From contig NC_091995.1 in assembly GCF_044704955.1 (NCBI RefSeq), forward strand, positions 17,980,001 through 18,044,000: a DNA stretch of 64,000 nucleotides, written 5' to 3'. The position numbers were made by a program, and so were the translations under genes. Position 1 is the first letter of the stretch; every line of letters begins with the position of its first letter. Under the pieces are notes generated by a model. That model was not told the origin of the DNA and ran no database searches. It was given only the letters and a program-made list of their open reading frames with translations. The DNA comes from Pristiophorus japonicus (taxonomy: Eukaryota). Below, one piece after another: positions 12,890 through 25,431 of the stretch.

Positions 12890-13260
12890 AATGTACTCAG
12901 TGCAGTGCTGATGGAGATCTGCACTGTAAGAAGTGCTGTCTTTTGGAAGAGGCGTTAAACTGAAGCTCCATCTGCTCCATCAGCTGCACATAAAGGATCC
13001 CACGGCACTCTTTCAAAGAAGGGCAGGGGTGTTTGCCCAGCTGTACTTGCCAATATTTATCACTCAATCAACATAACAAAAGCAGATTATCTGGTCATTA
13101 TCTCTTTGCTGTTTGTGGGATCTTGTTGTGCGCAAATGGCTGCCGCGTGTCCTACATTACAACTGTGACTACACTCCAAAGAAAGTACGTAATTTGCTGT
13201 AAAGCGCTTTGGGACGTGCGGGGTTCGTGAAAGGCGCTATCTAAATGCAAGTCTTTCTTT
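12890..13260 (+). mobile_element. DeuSINE (SacSINE1-like), 5'-truncated
   Basis: Deu-domain-like core and tail aaagcgctttggg...aaggcgctat.taaatgcaagtctttcttt. Confidence 0.7.
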
Positions 13261-13404
13261 ACTCGGTGATAATTGTTTAATACTAAAGTAGTGTTCTGGC
13301 CTAATTATTCTTAAAAAGATTATTGCTGACGATATTTGGAAAAGGAGATTAATATCACAGTTCGTGTTGTTTGGTATTAAGCCACCACAGATGTTTTCCC
13401 ACAC

Positions 13405-13760
13405 AAAATTCTTACAGGGCTTGGCAGGTAGGATGTTTCCTCTGGCTGAGCTGCCTAGAACCACGGGTCACAGTCTCAGAATAAGGTGTTGGTCATTTAG
13501 GACTGAGGAGAAACATCTTCACTCAGAGGATGATGAATCTTTGCAATTCTCTACCCCAGAGGGCAGTGGAGGCTCTGTCTTTGATTATATTCAAGACAGA
13601 GTTTGATAGATTTTTGAATATTAAGGGAATCAAGGGATATGTGGACAGTGCAGGGAAGTGGAGTTGTGGTAGAAGATCGGCGATGATCTTTTTGAATGGT
13701 GGAGCAGTCTCGAGGGGCTGAATGGCTCGACTCCTGCTCCTATTTCTTATGTTCTTATGT
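13405..13760 (+). mobile_element. CR1 LINE 3' end
   Basis: GRMFPLA...RTTGHSL..., ttcttatg tail. Another CR1 3' end lies at ~14250-14490. Confidence 0.85.
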
Positions 13761-14551
13761 ATAAACAACTCAGCGGCTGTGGTTCAATAGTTACTGCTTT
13801 CAGCAGCACTTTGCGGGGCTGTAGGTCTGATGTGAGCCTGTAGTCTCCTGTAGAGAAAGCGTAAACATGCCAATACATTTACACATTTTTCAGTCACTAG
13901 CTTCTTATTCTCAAGCTTTATATATTTATTTGGGTTTAACCTGTACGAATATTTGGTTGGTTAAACTTTGACCTTATGCAGAAATAAAATCACAATGAAG
14001 TAACAGCGTCATCTAAGTCATTATTTCAACTATGTTTCATTGTGTTGTCTTACTTTGCGATGAATCCTTCATTTCTATGGTATAAGCATTTTATCTTTCA
14101 GGGAAATTTATAGGCACATTAAATGTTTTCCTCCAAGCAGGTGCTGTGAATTTCTGTTAAGATATTAACAAAATTGACTTCTGGGAATAAAGTAATTCAC
14201 GGACTCCTTAAATGTGTTGTACATGAAATTGTCTGACATATCATACCTTCCACCTTTACACAGCGAGTAGTTCGGATCTGGAATGCACTGCCTGAAAGGT
14301 GTTGGAGGCAAACTCAATCGTGGCTTTCAAAAGGGAATTGGTTAAATGCCTGGAGGAAAAAAATGCAGGGTTACGGGGAAAGGATAGAAAGTGGGACTAG
14401 CTGAAGTGCTCTTACAGAGAGCTGGCATGGGCTCGACAGGCCGAGTGAAAGCCTTCTGTGCTATAACCATTCTATGATTCTATAATTCTATTCTGACCTG
14501 TCATTCTGTAGGTAATTATTGACAGATTGCATTGTTCCATTTATACTCTAG

Positions 14552-14889
14552 ACAGTGTGTTGATGAGTGAGCTCAGAGTGTTCCAGTCCCCAGCTGCCAT
14601 TAAAGTAACAGAAGGTGGATCGGTGCAGCTGAACTGCACTTTGAAGTGGTTGGTTCTGTCGGATTAGTTGTTTAGAGGCGGGCCTTCCTAAACATGGAGG
14701 TGTCGCATCGGAACCCTTTCTATCAGAGTCGGAAGATTAAGTCAGGGTTGGAATTATTTGCAGATAAAATGGCTTTACTTAAAATCGACAATTTATTAAA
14801 AATGGTCTCGGATGTTTACTACTGCGAGGTGGAAATTCCGTCGGTTGGGAAAGGAAACGGGGCAGGAACACAACTTACAGTAACTAACA
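14552..14889 (+). pseudogene. NKp30/NCR3-like V(J) exon pseudogene (gene 3)
   Basis: Splice sites ctctag|AC and A|gtgagt, 338 nt (one short of gene 1's 339). Reads SVLMSELRVFQSPAAIKVTEGGSVQLNCT, then a frameshift at ~14641, TAG in place of the conserved Trp at 14673-14675, then ...YYCEVEIPSVGKGNGAGTQLTV (compare NKp30 YVCRVEVLGLGVGTGNGTRLVV). Confidence 0.85.
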
Positions 14890-14944
14890 GTGAGTAAAAA
14901 AGATCAGAGTTCGGTTTAAGAATTTCCTATTATTTTTAAATTTA

Positions 14945-16145
14945 AATGGCTGTCCCTGGATTCTGGGGCGGTCCAACCAGATTGGAAAACTGCATTGTAA
15001 TGCCCCTATTTAAAAAAGGAGGCAGTTAAAAGCAGGAAACCACAGACCAGTTAGCCTAACATCTGTGGTTGGGAAAATGTTGGAGTCCATTATTAAAGAA
15101 GCAGTCGCAGAACATTTGGAAACGCATAATTCAGTCAAGCAGAGTCCGCATAGATTTATGAAGGGGAAGTCATGTTTGATAAATTTGCCGGAATTCTTTG
15201 AGGATGTATCAAACAGGGTGGATAACGGAGAACCAGTGGATGTGGTCTATTTGGACATCCAGAAGACATTTGACAAGGTGTCACATAAAAGGTTACTGCA
15301 CAAGCTAAAACTTCACGGGGTTCAGGGTAATATATTAGCATGGATAGAGGATTGGCTAACTAACAGAGAACAAAAGAGTTGGGATAAATGGTTCCTTCGC
15401 GGGTTGGCAATCAATAACTAGTAGGGTGCTGCAGGGATTAGTGCTGAGTTCCAAACTATTTACAATCTATATTAAAGACTTGGATGAAGGCACCGACTGT
15501 AATGTAGCCAAGTTGCTGACGATAAAAAGATGGGAGGAAAAACAATGTGTGAGGAGGACACAAAAAAAAACAGCAAAAAACATAAATAGGCTAGATGAGT
15601 GGGCAACAATTTGGCAAATGGAGTATAATGTTGGAAAGTGTGAGGCAAAAAAAATCGAGGAGCAAGTTATTATTTAGATGGTGAAAAATTGCAAGTGTTG
15701 CAGTACAACAGGAACTGGGGTCCTGATGCATGAAACACAAAGGGTGAGTATGCAGGTACAGCAAGTGATCAGGAAGACCAACAGAATCTTGGCTTTTATT
15801 GCAAAGGGGATGGCGTATACAAGCAGCGAAGTCTAGCTACACTTATACAGGATATTGCTGATGCCACACCTGGAATACTGCGTACAGTTTTGGTTTCCAT
15901 ATTTCAAAAATGATATACTTGCTTTGGAGGCAGTTCAGAGAAGTTTCAATAGGTTGATTCTGGAGATGAGGGGGTGTACTTATGAGGGAAGGTTGAGTAG
16001 GTTGGTCTCTACTTATTGGAATTCAGAAGAAATAGATTTGCTCTTACCAAAATGTATAACATTCTGAGAGTGCTTGACAAAGTGGACCTGAATCCATGAT
16101 CAGATCAGCCATGATCATATTAAATGGCAGAGCAGGCTCAAGGGG
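14945..16145 (+). mobile_element. CR1 LINE, decayed RT region
   Basis: [36 protein letters not shown] motifs. Confidence 0.9.
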
Positions 16146-19009
16146 AATTCTGAGCAGTCGATGGTAAGTCTCGTGGAGGTCGTGAGTCTGATAAATACAT
16201 GATGGGCAAAGATACAGCGTTGTGGAGCGGGAACTGGTGTGTGCTTGGCTTGGGAACGTCTGCGAGATAGAGAGGAAGCAGAAAGCATAGGTGGCCGAGA
16301 GGATAAAAGTAAGGGAAGTTTTATTCCAATAAACTGGCTGTTGCCAAGTTGGCTAAATATTTCTGTTCACTTTTAATTCGGGGATCTACATATTAAGACA
16401 TGATGTGCGAGCTAAGTATGAAAAAGTGTGATATGCAGTGAAGAAAGCTTAGTGATTTGATGAAAACCATAGAATCATAGAATGGTTACAGCACAGAAAG
16501 TGGCCATTCGGCCAATCCAGTCCGTGTCAGCTCTCTGCAAGAGCAATTCAACTAAGCCTTGGCGAGTTGCTGTGGGAAATCTTGTAAATGGTACATACTG
16601 TAGCTACGGTGCGCCTGTGTTGCAGGGAGTAAATGTTGAAGATAGTGGATGGGGTGATACATTGTGGATCCAGGTAAGGTAGATGCAGAAGATATCATGG
16701 CACCATGGCAATAAGAGCAGTGAGCTTTCCAGTCTTTCTTCAAACAATGCACACCTCACTTTAAAAAATGACTAACTGATCCTTTATCTCATTTGCTGTC
16801 TGAGGAACCTTGTTTGGAGCAAGGCTGTTGCTGTGGTTAACTGCAAAGCAGCCGTGACTGTTGCGTGGAACTTTGTCTTTACCACCTGGGAGTTAAGCCT
16901 GGGGGAAACAAAGGGGAACGGTTGGCTGGAATCTTCACACTGCAGTAACAGAAGGCGCTGGATTTTCCGTTCATCGAAATCAATGGAAGGAAATTCCAGC
17001 GGATTTTGTTGGAAGCGTTGGAACTTTCCTATGAGGTTTTCTTTCATGATTTCCCCCGGCGACGCTTAATGCCGAAACCCTGTCGAAATGTAGTTAGGTG
17101 GGCAGAGCTTTGAGACATCCGGCAAAGTCATCATATCCTGGGGGAGGTGGTTCTCCCGATCTCCTATTGTGACTTGGCTGGAAGTTCACCAGAACCCCGC
17201 TTAAGCTAATAGCCGTTTCTTCTGAGTTCCGCCGATCTTTCGCCTCATTACAGTGGGAGATCGAGAGAACCCCGCAGACATTATCCCATCCCTTGAGTTT
17301 AACGTAAAGCTTTCATTTCCATAAAAGATACAACGGAAAATCAACAGAACTACCTGACTTGGGTCAACTGAGTAGAACCTTTATTACGAAAATAACACGG
17401 AATATATAGGATTATGATGAAATGTAAGCAGTTAGCTGATGAAACTAGGTTGATGGAACAGTAACCGTCATGAACGCTGAACATGTCGGAATCCATTTTA
17501 TCAGATCCACGAGCCTGTTTATTTTCTCGTCAAGAATAGGGGACTAATACATGTCATACAAATGTGATAAATGTTCTCAACTAATAGTAACGAGCCTAAG
17601 GTTAACGCATCGGAGATTTCAAGTCCTTGCGATTGAATCGTTTCCATGGAAGGTTCTCCGATCAAGCACCGTTGAAGATCCCAGAGGACCCCGAGTTTTC
17701 GCCGAAGTTACGGCTGGAGAGCGGGACAACTCTGCGAAAATTGCGCCCGCTTGTCCATTGAGTGATGTCTTACCATTGGGACGGATTGTCATGGCTCCGC
17801 TGACTTCACCGAAGCGTATAGCACCGCTTCTCGATTCACGCGGCGTCCTGTTTGATTGCTATCCTGCAGATTCAGCGTGGCGTATTGCAACGTGCTCTCG
17901 CCCTCTCTCTATTGAGATGAAAGTGCTGTAGTGTTGAATTTTGTACATTAAATGGAGCGTTTGGCATCAAACACAGTGCATTGATTAAAAGCGACATGTT
18001 GTGCAGTCTCAATTGAATAGAATGAACCCATTAAACATTCTACATATAATTAGAAGATGACTCCCCCGCTCAAATATTGAAACAGGATAGAACACGCCGT
18101 CCTAAATATTCCCGTTCTTTTGAATATCTCTCAGCGTTTCAAAGATTGTACAATCTAAATAAACAAACAAGGGGAAATAGTCGACCTAAACAGCGCATAA
18201 TTAAAATCCATGCATTAAAAAGCAATTCACAATTCACACTTCACGAATTCACGGACAGTGGGCCAGTCAGCATCTCTGAAAGACAGATTGACATTTGGGA
18301 ATAACTGTGGAGGAGAACTTTCCGCTCGAATGAAGGGTCCCCGCCCACCGCTTAATGTGTTTTCTCTTTCAGATGCTGACCTGCAATTCTGTTTTGACTT
18401 CAGAGTTCCAGCATTTGCTGGTTTCCTTCTTTCTCGACATCAAATGATGTGTATTTTTGTATGTGTGTGTGTTTGTGTAGAATCCTGGTGACGCTATTTT
18501 TGGGGTCCATGTTATGCATCCTCTGTGTACCTCGTGTATGTGCATGCACCTGCCTGTGGGTGTGTGCCTATTTGTATTTACGAGGATCTGTGTGAATGTG
18601 TCGATCTCTGTGTGTGCAGGCGTTTGAATTCTCAGACTGTCTGATTTCGTTTCCTGTTTGGCTCTCTGTCGAATTATAACAAATATTTTAGTCCCCGACT
18701 ATATTGGAATTTGATTTTCAACTGTGCGTAAAACTGGCGTTCGGGGTGGGCCACAATGCTAGCTTTACGCTTGTGTGCCAAGTTGAGAATCTACCCCACA
18801 TCTTCAAGAGGAAACGTTGAGGCCGTCCAACCTGGTTTCTTTTTTAGATTGTTACAACCCACGGGGTGAACTCTTTATATTATAATCTACCTGGGAAAGT
18901 AAACAAGAGGTCAGTAGTTTTAAAAATAACATGAATAGCCCAAGTCATTGTGCTACATACCCGATTTGGTCATATGCACTCAGAGCTGTCATTATTCCCC
19001 TCTAAAAAG

Positions 19010-19930
19010 CATAGAAAAGAAAAATATTTACATTTATACAGCACTTTTCATGACCACCAAAAGTCACAAAGCGCTATACAGCGAATAAAGTACTTTTTTT
19101 GAAGTTTAGTTATTCTTGTAATGTAGGAAATGCGGAAGCCATTTTGCGCACAGTAAGCTCCCACAAACAACAACGCAATAATGACCAAATAATCTGTTTT
19201 TATTTTGTTCATTGAGGGATAAATATTGGCCAAGAGGATATAACTCCTCTGGCCTTCTTCGAAATAGTGCCGGGATCTTTTACGTCCACATGAGATTGCA
19301 GACCGGGACTGAATGCACTGGAAAGGGTGCAGAGGAGATTTACAAGAATGTTGCCTGGACTGGAGAATTTTGCCAATGAGGAAAGATTGGAAATGCTGGG
19401 TCTGTTTTTTTTGGAACAGAGGAGGCTAATGAGAGACATGATTTACAATTATGAGGGGCCTGGATAGAGTGGATAGGAAGGACCTGTTTCCGTTGGCAGA
19501 GGGCTCAACAACCAGGGGGCATAGATTTAAAGTAATTAGGGGGAAGCTTAGAGGAGATATGAGGGTAAATGTCTTCACCCAGAGGGGGATGGTGATCTGG
19601 AACTCACTGCCTGAAAGGATGGTAGGGGCAGGAAACCTCATTACATTAAAAAGATGTTTGGATGTGCAATTAAAGTGCAGTAACCTACAGGGCTACGGAC
19701 CAAGAGCTGGAAAGTGGGATTAGGCTGGATAGCTCTTGGTCGGCCTTTCGTGCTGTGAATTTCTATGATTCTATGACTCGGCTTAACGTATCATCTGAAA
19801 GATGGCACTCCTCACAGTGCAGCACTCCCTCAGTACTGCACTGGGTATCAGCTGAGAATTTTGTGCTACAAGTCCCTGGAGTGGGACGCAAACCTACGAC
19901 CTACCGACTCAGAGGCGAGGGTGCTACCAA
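19010..19930 (-). mobile_element. DeuSINE split by a plus-strand CR1 3' fragment (~19310-19775)
   Basis: SINE tail at 19010-19290 and tRNA-like head at ~19870-19930 flank CR1 sequence. Confidence 0.7.
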
Positions 19931-20444
19931 GTAGGCCACGGGAAATGACCCTGTATAATTTAATTTACTTGAACCGTGTATACAACATACAGTGCCATAA
20001 ATATAGCGCTGTAATGCACTCTGTTATAATGCAATTGAATACAACATAACATGGGAGAAAACAGTGAAACGCAATAAAATAAAATGCAGTAGGATGTACC
20101 GCATTGCATAACAATAAAATGATACAATTATTATGGTCCAATATATAATACTCTACCACACAATATAAAACAGCATAAGGTTTTTCTCTTTAACTGTTTA
20201 CTTTAAACTGGTGAACAAAGCAACTTGATATGGACGCATCAAACACTCATACGAGAATGGAGTGACGTCTAGGCTATTTATTATAATACAATATATATCA
20301 TTGAAACGTACTAAAAATCATCCTGTGGAAAGAAAATAATTAAAAATATTATATTAACCATAAACCTTAACCCCTCAAATTGACTTTGTGACCAAGACGT
20401 CTAACAAGTGTCACTCAATAGCCGTTCTAGAAGGAGGAGTTATT

Positions 20445-22150
20445 GAATCATAGAATCATACAGTAGAGAAGGAGACCATTAGGCCCAACCTGCCTGTGCT
20501 GGCTTTCTGAAAGTGCTACTAGTTAGTCCTGTTCTTTCGCCATAGCCCTGAAAAATTTCAATTTTTTAAGTATTTATTAAATTCCCTTTTGAAAATTACT
20601 GCTGGATCTGCTTCCACCAATCTTTCTGGCAGTGCATTCCAGCTCATGGCCACTCGCTGAGTAATAAAACATCCTCATCTCCTCACCTGGCTCACGTATG
20701 CCAGTTATCTTAAATCAGTGTCCTCTGGTTACCAGACAGAATTACATAATTTTTTTGGATTCGTTCACAGGATGTGGGCTTCACTAGCAAGGCCGGCATT
20801 TATCGACCATCCCTAATTGCCCTTGAGAAGGTGGCGGTGAGCCACCAATCATGTGGGCAGTTAAGAGTCAATCACATTGCTGTGTGTGGAGTCACATAAA
20901 GGCCAGGCTTCCTTCCCTGAAGCGGGCGTTAGTGAATCGGATAAATAGTAGTTACTAGCATTTTATTTCACAGTTATTTTATTTTAATAATTTAAATTCC
21001 CCATGGTGGGATTTAAACTCACGTCTCTGAATCGTTAATCCTGACTTCGAGGATTACTAGGCCAGTAACATATCTACCATGCTAACGTACCCACTACATA
21101 ATCCGATAGAAGAATGCTGAACTCTTTGTCAATTGGTTATAACTGACGGATGAGGAAATTAAGCAGATTATCAATTAAAATCAAATGACATCGAAGTAAT
21201 AAGAGTTGGGGTCGATTAAACGTGATAGGCTGTACACAGTTCTTTCTGCTGCCCACCTGTGTCAAGGATCACTTCGTAGAGCGGACATGGACTGAGGCAA
21301 AAGAGGACATCAGAAAAGTTAGGCTTTCAAATAAAATTGAAGAAAAAGGAAATGTCTTTCTTTTAAAAACATAGTTCTATTTAAACAGTTACCTACAGGG
21401 TTACTGAAGAGCGACTGTCAGGAGAGGAAGATAAAGACAGAACAGTTAAAGAGCTGAGGTTATTGATTATTTCAGTCGCTTTTTACAGATATATTTGGTA
21501 TCGAATGAATTGAATCAAAGCTTGGGGCAATTTTAACCAAATCCACGGAGAAACGGACGGGTGCAACGTTGGTTTCACACTCCGCCTAGTTTTGAAATCA
21601 GCTGGAGAGCAACATTGGGCGGGTGTAAAACCGGCGTTCCAACCGATCCCTTTCGTTTCCCACCACTCTTCCAGGCAGTGAGGTCCAGATCCCCACAACC
21701 CTCTGCGTAAAGAAGACCCTCCTCAAATCCCCTCTAAACCTTCCACCGACAAAACTCTGCACCCTCGTAATAGACCACTGCTCCAATGGAAATAGGCCCT
21801 TATTATCCACTATGTCCAGGCCCATCATAGGAACAGGCTCCTCAAGCCTGCTCCACCATTCAATCAGATCATGGCCGATTTCTAATCTAACACCATATCC
21901 CTTAATACATTTGTTTAACAAAATGCTATCATTCACAGATTTTAAATGTGCAATTGACCCAGCATCAATTGTCATTTGTGGAAGAGAGTGCCAAACTTCT
22001 ACCACCCTTGGTGTGTAGAAATGTTTCCTAATTTCACTCCTGAAAATCCTGGCTCTAATTCTTAGACTATGCCCCCTGGTCCCAGAATCCACAACCAGCT
22101 GAAATAATTTATCTCTATCAACCTACCTGTTCCCTTTAATATCTTGAGAG
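20445..22150 (-). mobile_element. Several decayed LINE 3' fragments (CR1 at ~20445-20735 and ~21655-22150; family B at ~20755-21090)
   Basis: atcatagaa tails and FFTQRVVGIW.SLP / RGHSLRIR remnants. Unique sequence lies between the fragments. Confidence 0.7.
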
Positions 22151-22975
22151 TGTCGCTCCTCCCACCGAGCTTTCCTGAATTCACTTGCTCATGGTGATCC
22201 ATTCAGCCTCAGTACTAACGAGAAAATAGTCCCTTCGTATTTACGGGATGTTTAAGACAAAACGAACAACTAGATATTAGACTTGCTGTAAATGGGTGGT
22301 CAACGATGTTCTTTCGTGGACCCATCTTTGCATTTAGATAGAGCGCAATGTGTTACTTTCTATTTACACAATGGCAGTGAAATCTAACTTATCATAGATG
22401 TGTTAACCTGCTTATTCCATTATTGGCAAGCTGTAATTTCAAGGCTCTCGTGCTGCTCTCGTTAAGTGGCTGCAATCTTCACCTTGCATACTGTAACTGG
22501 GTTAACGACATGGGCATAGCCCTACCTAAAATGATACACAGCTGAATTTAATGAATATCCTCCATCTATTTACTCTAAAAACAATCATTCTCAGGATATG
22601 GGCTTCACTGGCGAGGCTGCCATGTATTGCCCAACTATAATTGCCCTTCAGAAGGTGTTGGTTGGCCTGCTTCTTCAACCGCTGAGGTGAAGGTGCTCCC
22701 ACCGCGCTGTTAGAGAGGGAGTTCCAGAATTTTGAAAGGAACTGCGATACAAGGTCAAGTCAGGATGGTGTGTGACTTGGAGGAGAACGTGCAGGTGGTG
22801 GTGTTCCCATGTACCTACTGCCCTTATCCTTCAAGGTGGTGGCGGTCGCGGTTTTGGGAGTTCCAATTGATTTAATGGATCATTTATCTATACGGCCAAT
22901 ATTACACCCTACAAAAATCCCATATGATTGCGTGCAATTTCATTCGTAAGAGTATCTCCACCAATCCAAACTTAC

Positions 22976-23326
22976 CTTGGTCACCACGTCTCACGGTCAG
23001 TGTTGTGCCGGTTCCGTATGCTTCACCGATCTCCACAAGCTGCACTCGGCAAAAATAGAACCCTGCATCTCCCGGTTTCAACTGGATTATTCTAATGGAC
23101 GCGGTCTTCCTCTGGCAGAAATCATCTTTACTTGCCCCTAGCAACCTGCCACTGTATTGCGCTGTATTGTTACAAACTTCAATTCCCTCTTTGCAGCCTC
23201 GGTGCCAACTGTAGCTGCCGACACCATCGGTATCCTCATATGTGCAGACCAGTTCCGCTGTCTGCCCCACGGTCTTGGTGAGCGATTGCGGGCTCTGAAA
23301 TACTGTGATATCTCCAACAGTAACGG
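22976..23326 (-). CDS. V(J)-type Ig domain exon of NKp30/NCR3-like gene 2
   Basis: Splice sites cttgtag|CC and G|gtaag, 351 nt, open, phase 1-1. VFQSP...ELVCTY...YSW...YSGRL...DAGFYFCRVQLVEIGEAYGTGTTLTV; collinear with gene 1. Confidence 0.85.
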
Positions 23327-23394
23327 CTACAAGTGGGTAAAACAGACGATATATAAATAAGCTGCACATGTCTTTGCCTTAAAACACGGCGTAT

Positions 23395-23975
23395 GTTCTA
23401 CCTCAACTCCACTTTCCCGCACTATCCCCATATCCATTGATTCCATTTATATGCAATAACCTATAGATCCCCTCTTGGATATACTCAAAGACTGAGCCTC
23501 TATATCCCTCTAGGGTAGAGAATTCCAAAGATTCAACATCTTCTGAGTGAAGAAGTTTCTCCTCATCTCAGTTCTAAATGGTCGAACCTTTATTCTGAGA
23601 CTGTGACACCCTGGTTCTTGACTTCTCAGCCAGAGGAAACATCCTACCTGCATTTACTCTGTCAAACCCTGTAAGATCACCTCTCATTCTTCTAAGCTCT
23701 AGAGAATATAGGCCTAGTCTACTCAATCTCTCATCATAGGGCAATTCCCCATACAAGGAATCAGTTTCGTCAACCTTCGCTGCAGTCCCTCAATGGCAAA
23801 TATATCCTTCCTTAGGTAAGGAGACCAAAACTGTGCACAATACTCCAGGTGTGGTCTCACCAAGGCGCTATATAATTGCAGTGAGACGTCTTTACTCTTA
23901 TACTCAAATCCTCTTGTACGAAAGGCCAACATAACATTTGCTTTCTTAATTGCTTGCTATTACCTGCATGTTAAT
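23395..23975 (-). mobile_element. CR1 LINE 3' fragment
   Basis: [15 protein letters not shown] and RLGLYSLE.RRMRGDL. Further CR1 3' pieces lie at ~24688-25125. Confidence 0.9.
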
Positions 23976-25431
23976 ATGCTTTCTGCGCTATCCTTAGATC
24001 TCACTAACGCTTTGAGCGAGGATGGGAACTGGGCAATCTCGATTTAAACGCCTCGCTCGATGCGCTCCTGCATTTTTGTGTCATTCCAACTTTAGGATGA
24101 TAAACGGGCGAGATCGGATTTCAAGTTTAAATCGGGACCAGGTATATAACGGGCGGCTGGACCAATGTCGCCCTCGCACAAAGTCAAAATCATCTCCAGA
24201 ATGAGGCAGCAAGTTTAATCTCGTTAGTCTGAATAGATTGGAAGTCACAAACGTCATAAACTCCCAAGTAATCTTCTCACTATTAACCATTGGTTACCGG
24301 AGAATGTGTAAAATTCAAACAGAGTATCAATAGTCAAAATAATGAAACGAAATGAATGTCCTTATCTTGCTACATATAGCCACATTACAAATTGGATGAA
24401 AGATTTCGCTACTTTGGGTGTATCTTGTAAAACCGCCAATACCTCTTTAAAATATTTTTGTAGTTTTGCCACAATTACTGATGAGATAAAATACTCAATG
24501 CATTCGCGACTTCGTTACGCGGAGAGAGCAGCCAAACTCTTGCCTTTTGCTGACAACTAGAGAAAGACTGTATTCAGTTAAACTACTTGCCCTCTTGGCA
24601 AAGGTGTCTATTTGAACATAGCAGCACTGCATGACTCTCCAATAATTGCTGTGGATAGAGAGCATTTGCATTTTATTTGTCACTGTAATATCATAGAATC
24701 ATAGAATAGTACAGCACAGAATAAGGTCATTCTGCCCCTCGAGCCTGCTCCACCATTCAATAAGATCATGGCTGATCATGGACCTCTACTCCACTTTCCT
24801 GCCCGATCTTCATATTCCTTGATTAGCCGAGAGTCAAAATTCCATCTATCTCAGCCTTGAATACATTCAGAAACTCAGCATCCTTAGCCGTCTGGGGCAG
24901 AGAATTCCAAAGATTCACAACACTGAGTGAAGAAATTCCTCCTCATCTCCATCTTAAATGAGCGACCCCATAACTGAAACTATGCACCTAATTCTAGATC
25001 CCCCCACAGTGAGTTAGTCCCACTCCTTTCCCCCATATATCTGCAATATTTTCTTTCAAATATTTGTCCATATTCCCTTTTCAAGGCTGCTATTAAATCT
25101 GTATCCACCATCCTATCAGGTAGAGTACTGTGGCAATATGTACTTCAGGGAGCAACATACATTGTGCTCTCCTCGACTAGACACAATAAATCTAGTTACC
25201 CGAGAGCTGATCCATCTCTCATTTAGCCTGTAATCTCTCTATCTCTTGCAGTCTCATTTTCTTTCTCACACACACCTACGCACAAGTAGGTTTGGAACCC
25301 ATTTCACTCTGTATGTTTTATGCATAATGTTCTCATCAACTCTCTTTTCCCATTCCTAACCATCACTTCTTGAGTTACCTTTTCTTCCCTCCCACTATTC
25401 CCAGCCTTGATGCTGTCCTGCGCTATGGTCC

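Noticed and set aside
16784-17931. Possible TM or tail exons for pseudogene 3
   Set aside because: No hydrophobic phase-1 exon found; part of the region resembles decayed SINE/MITE sequence.
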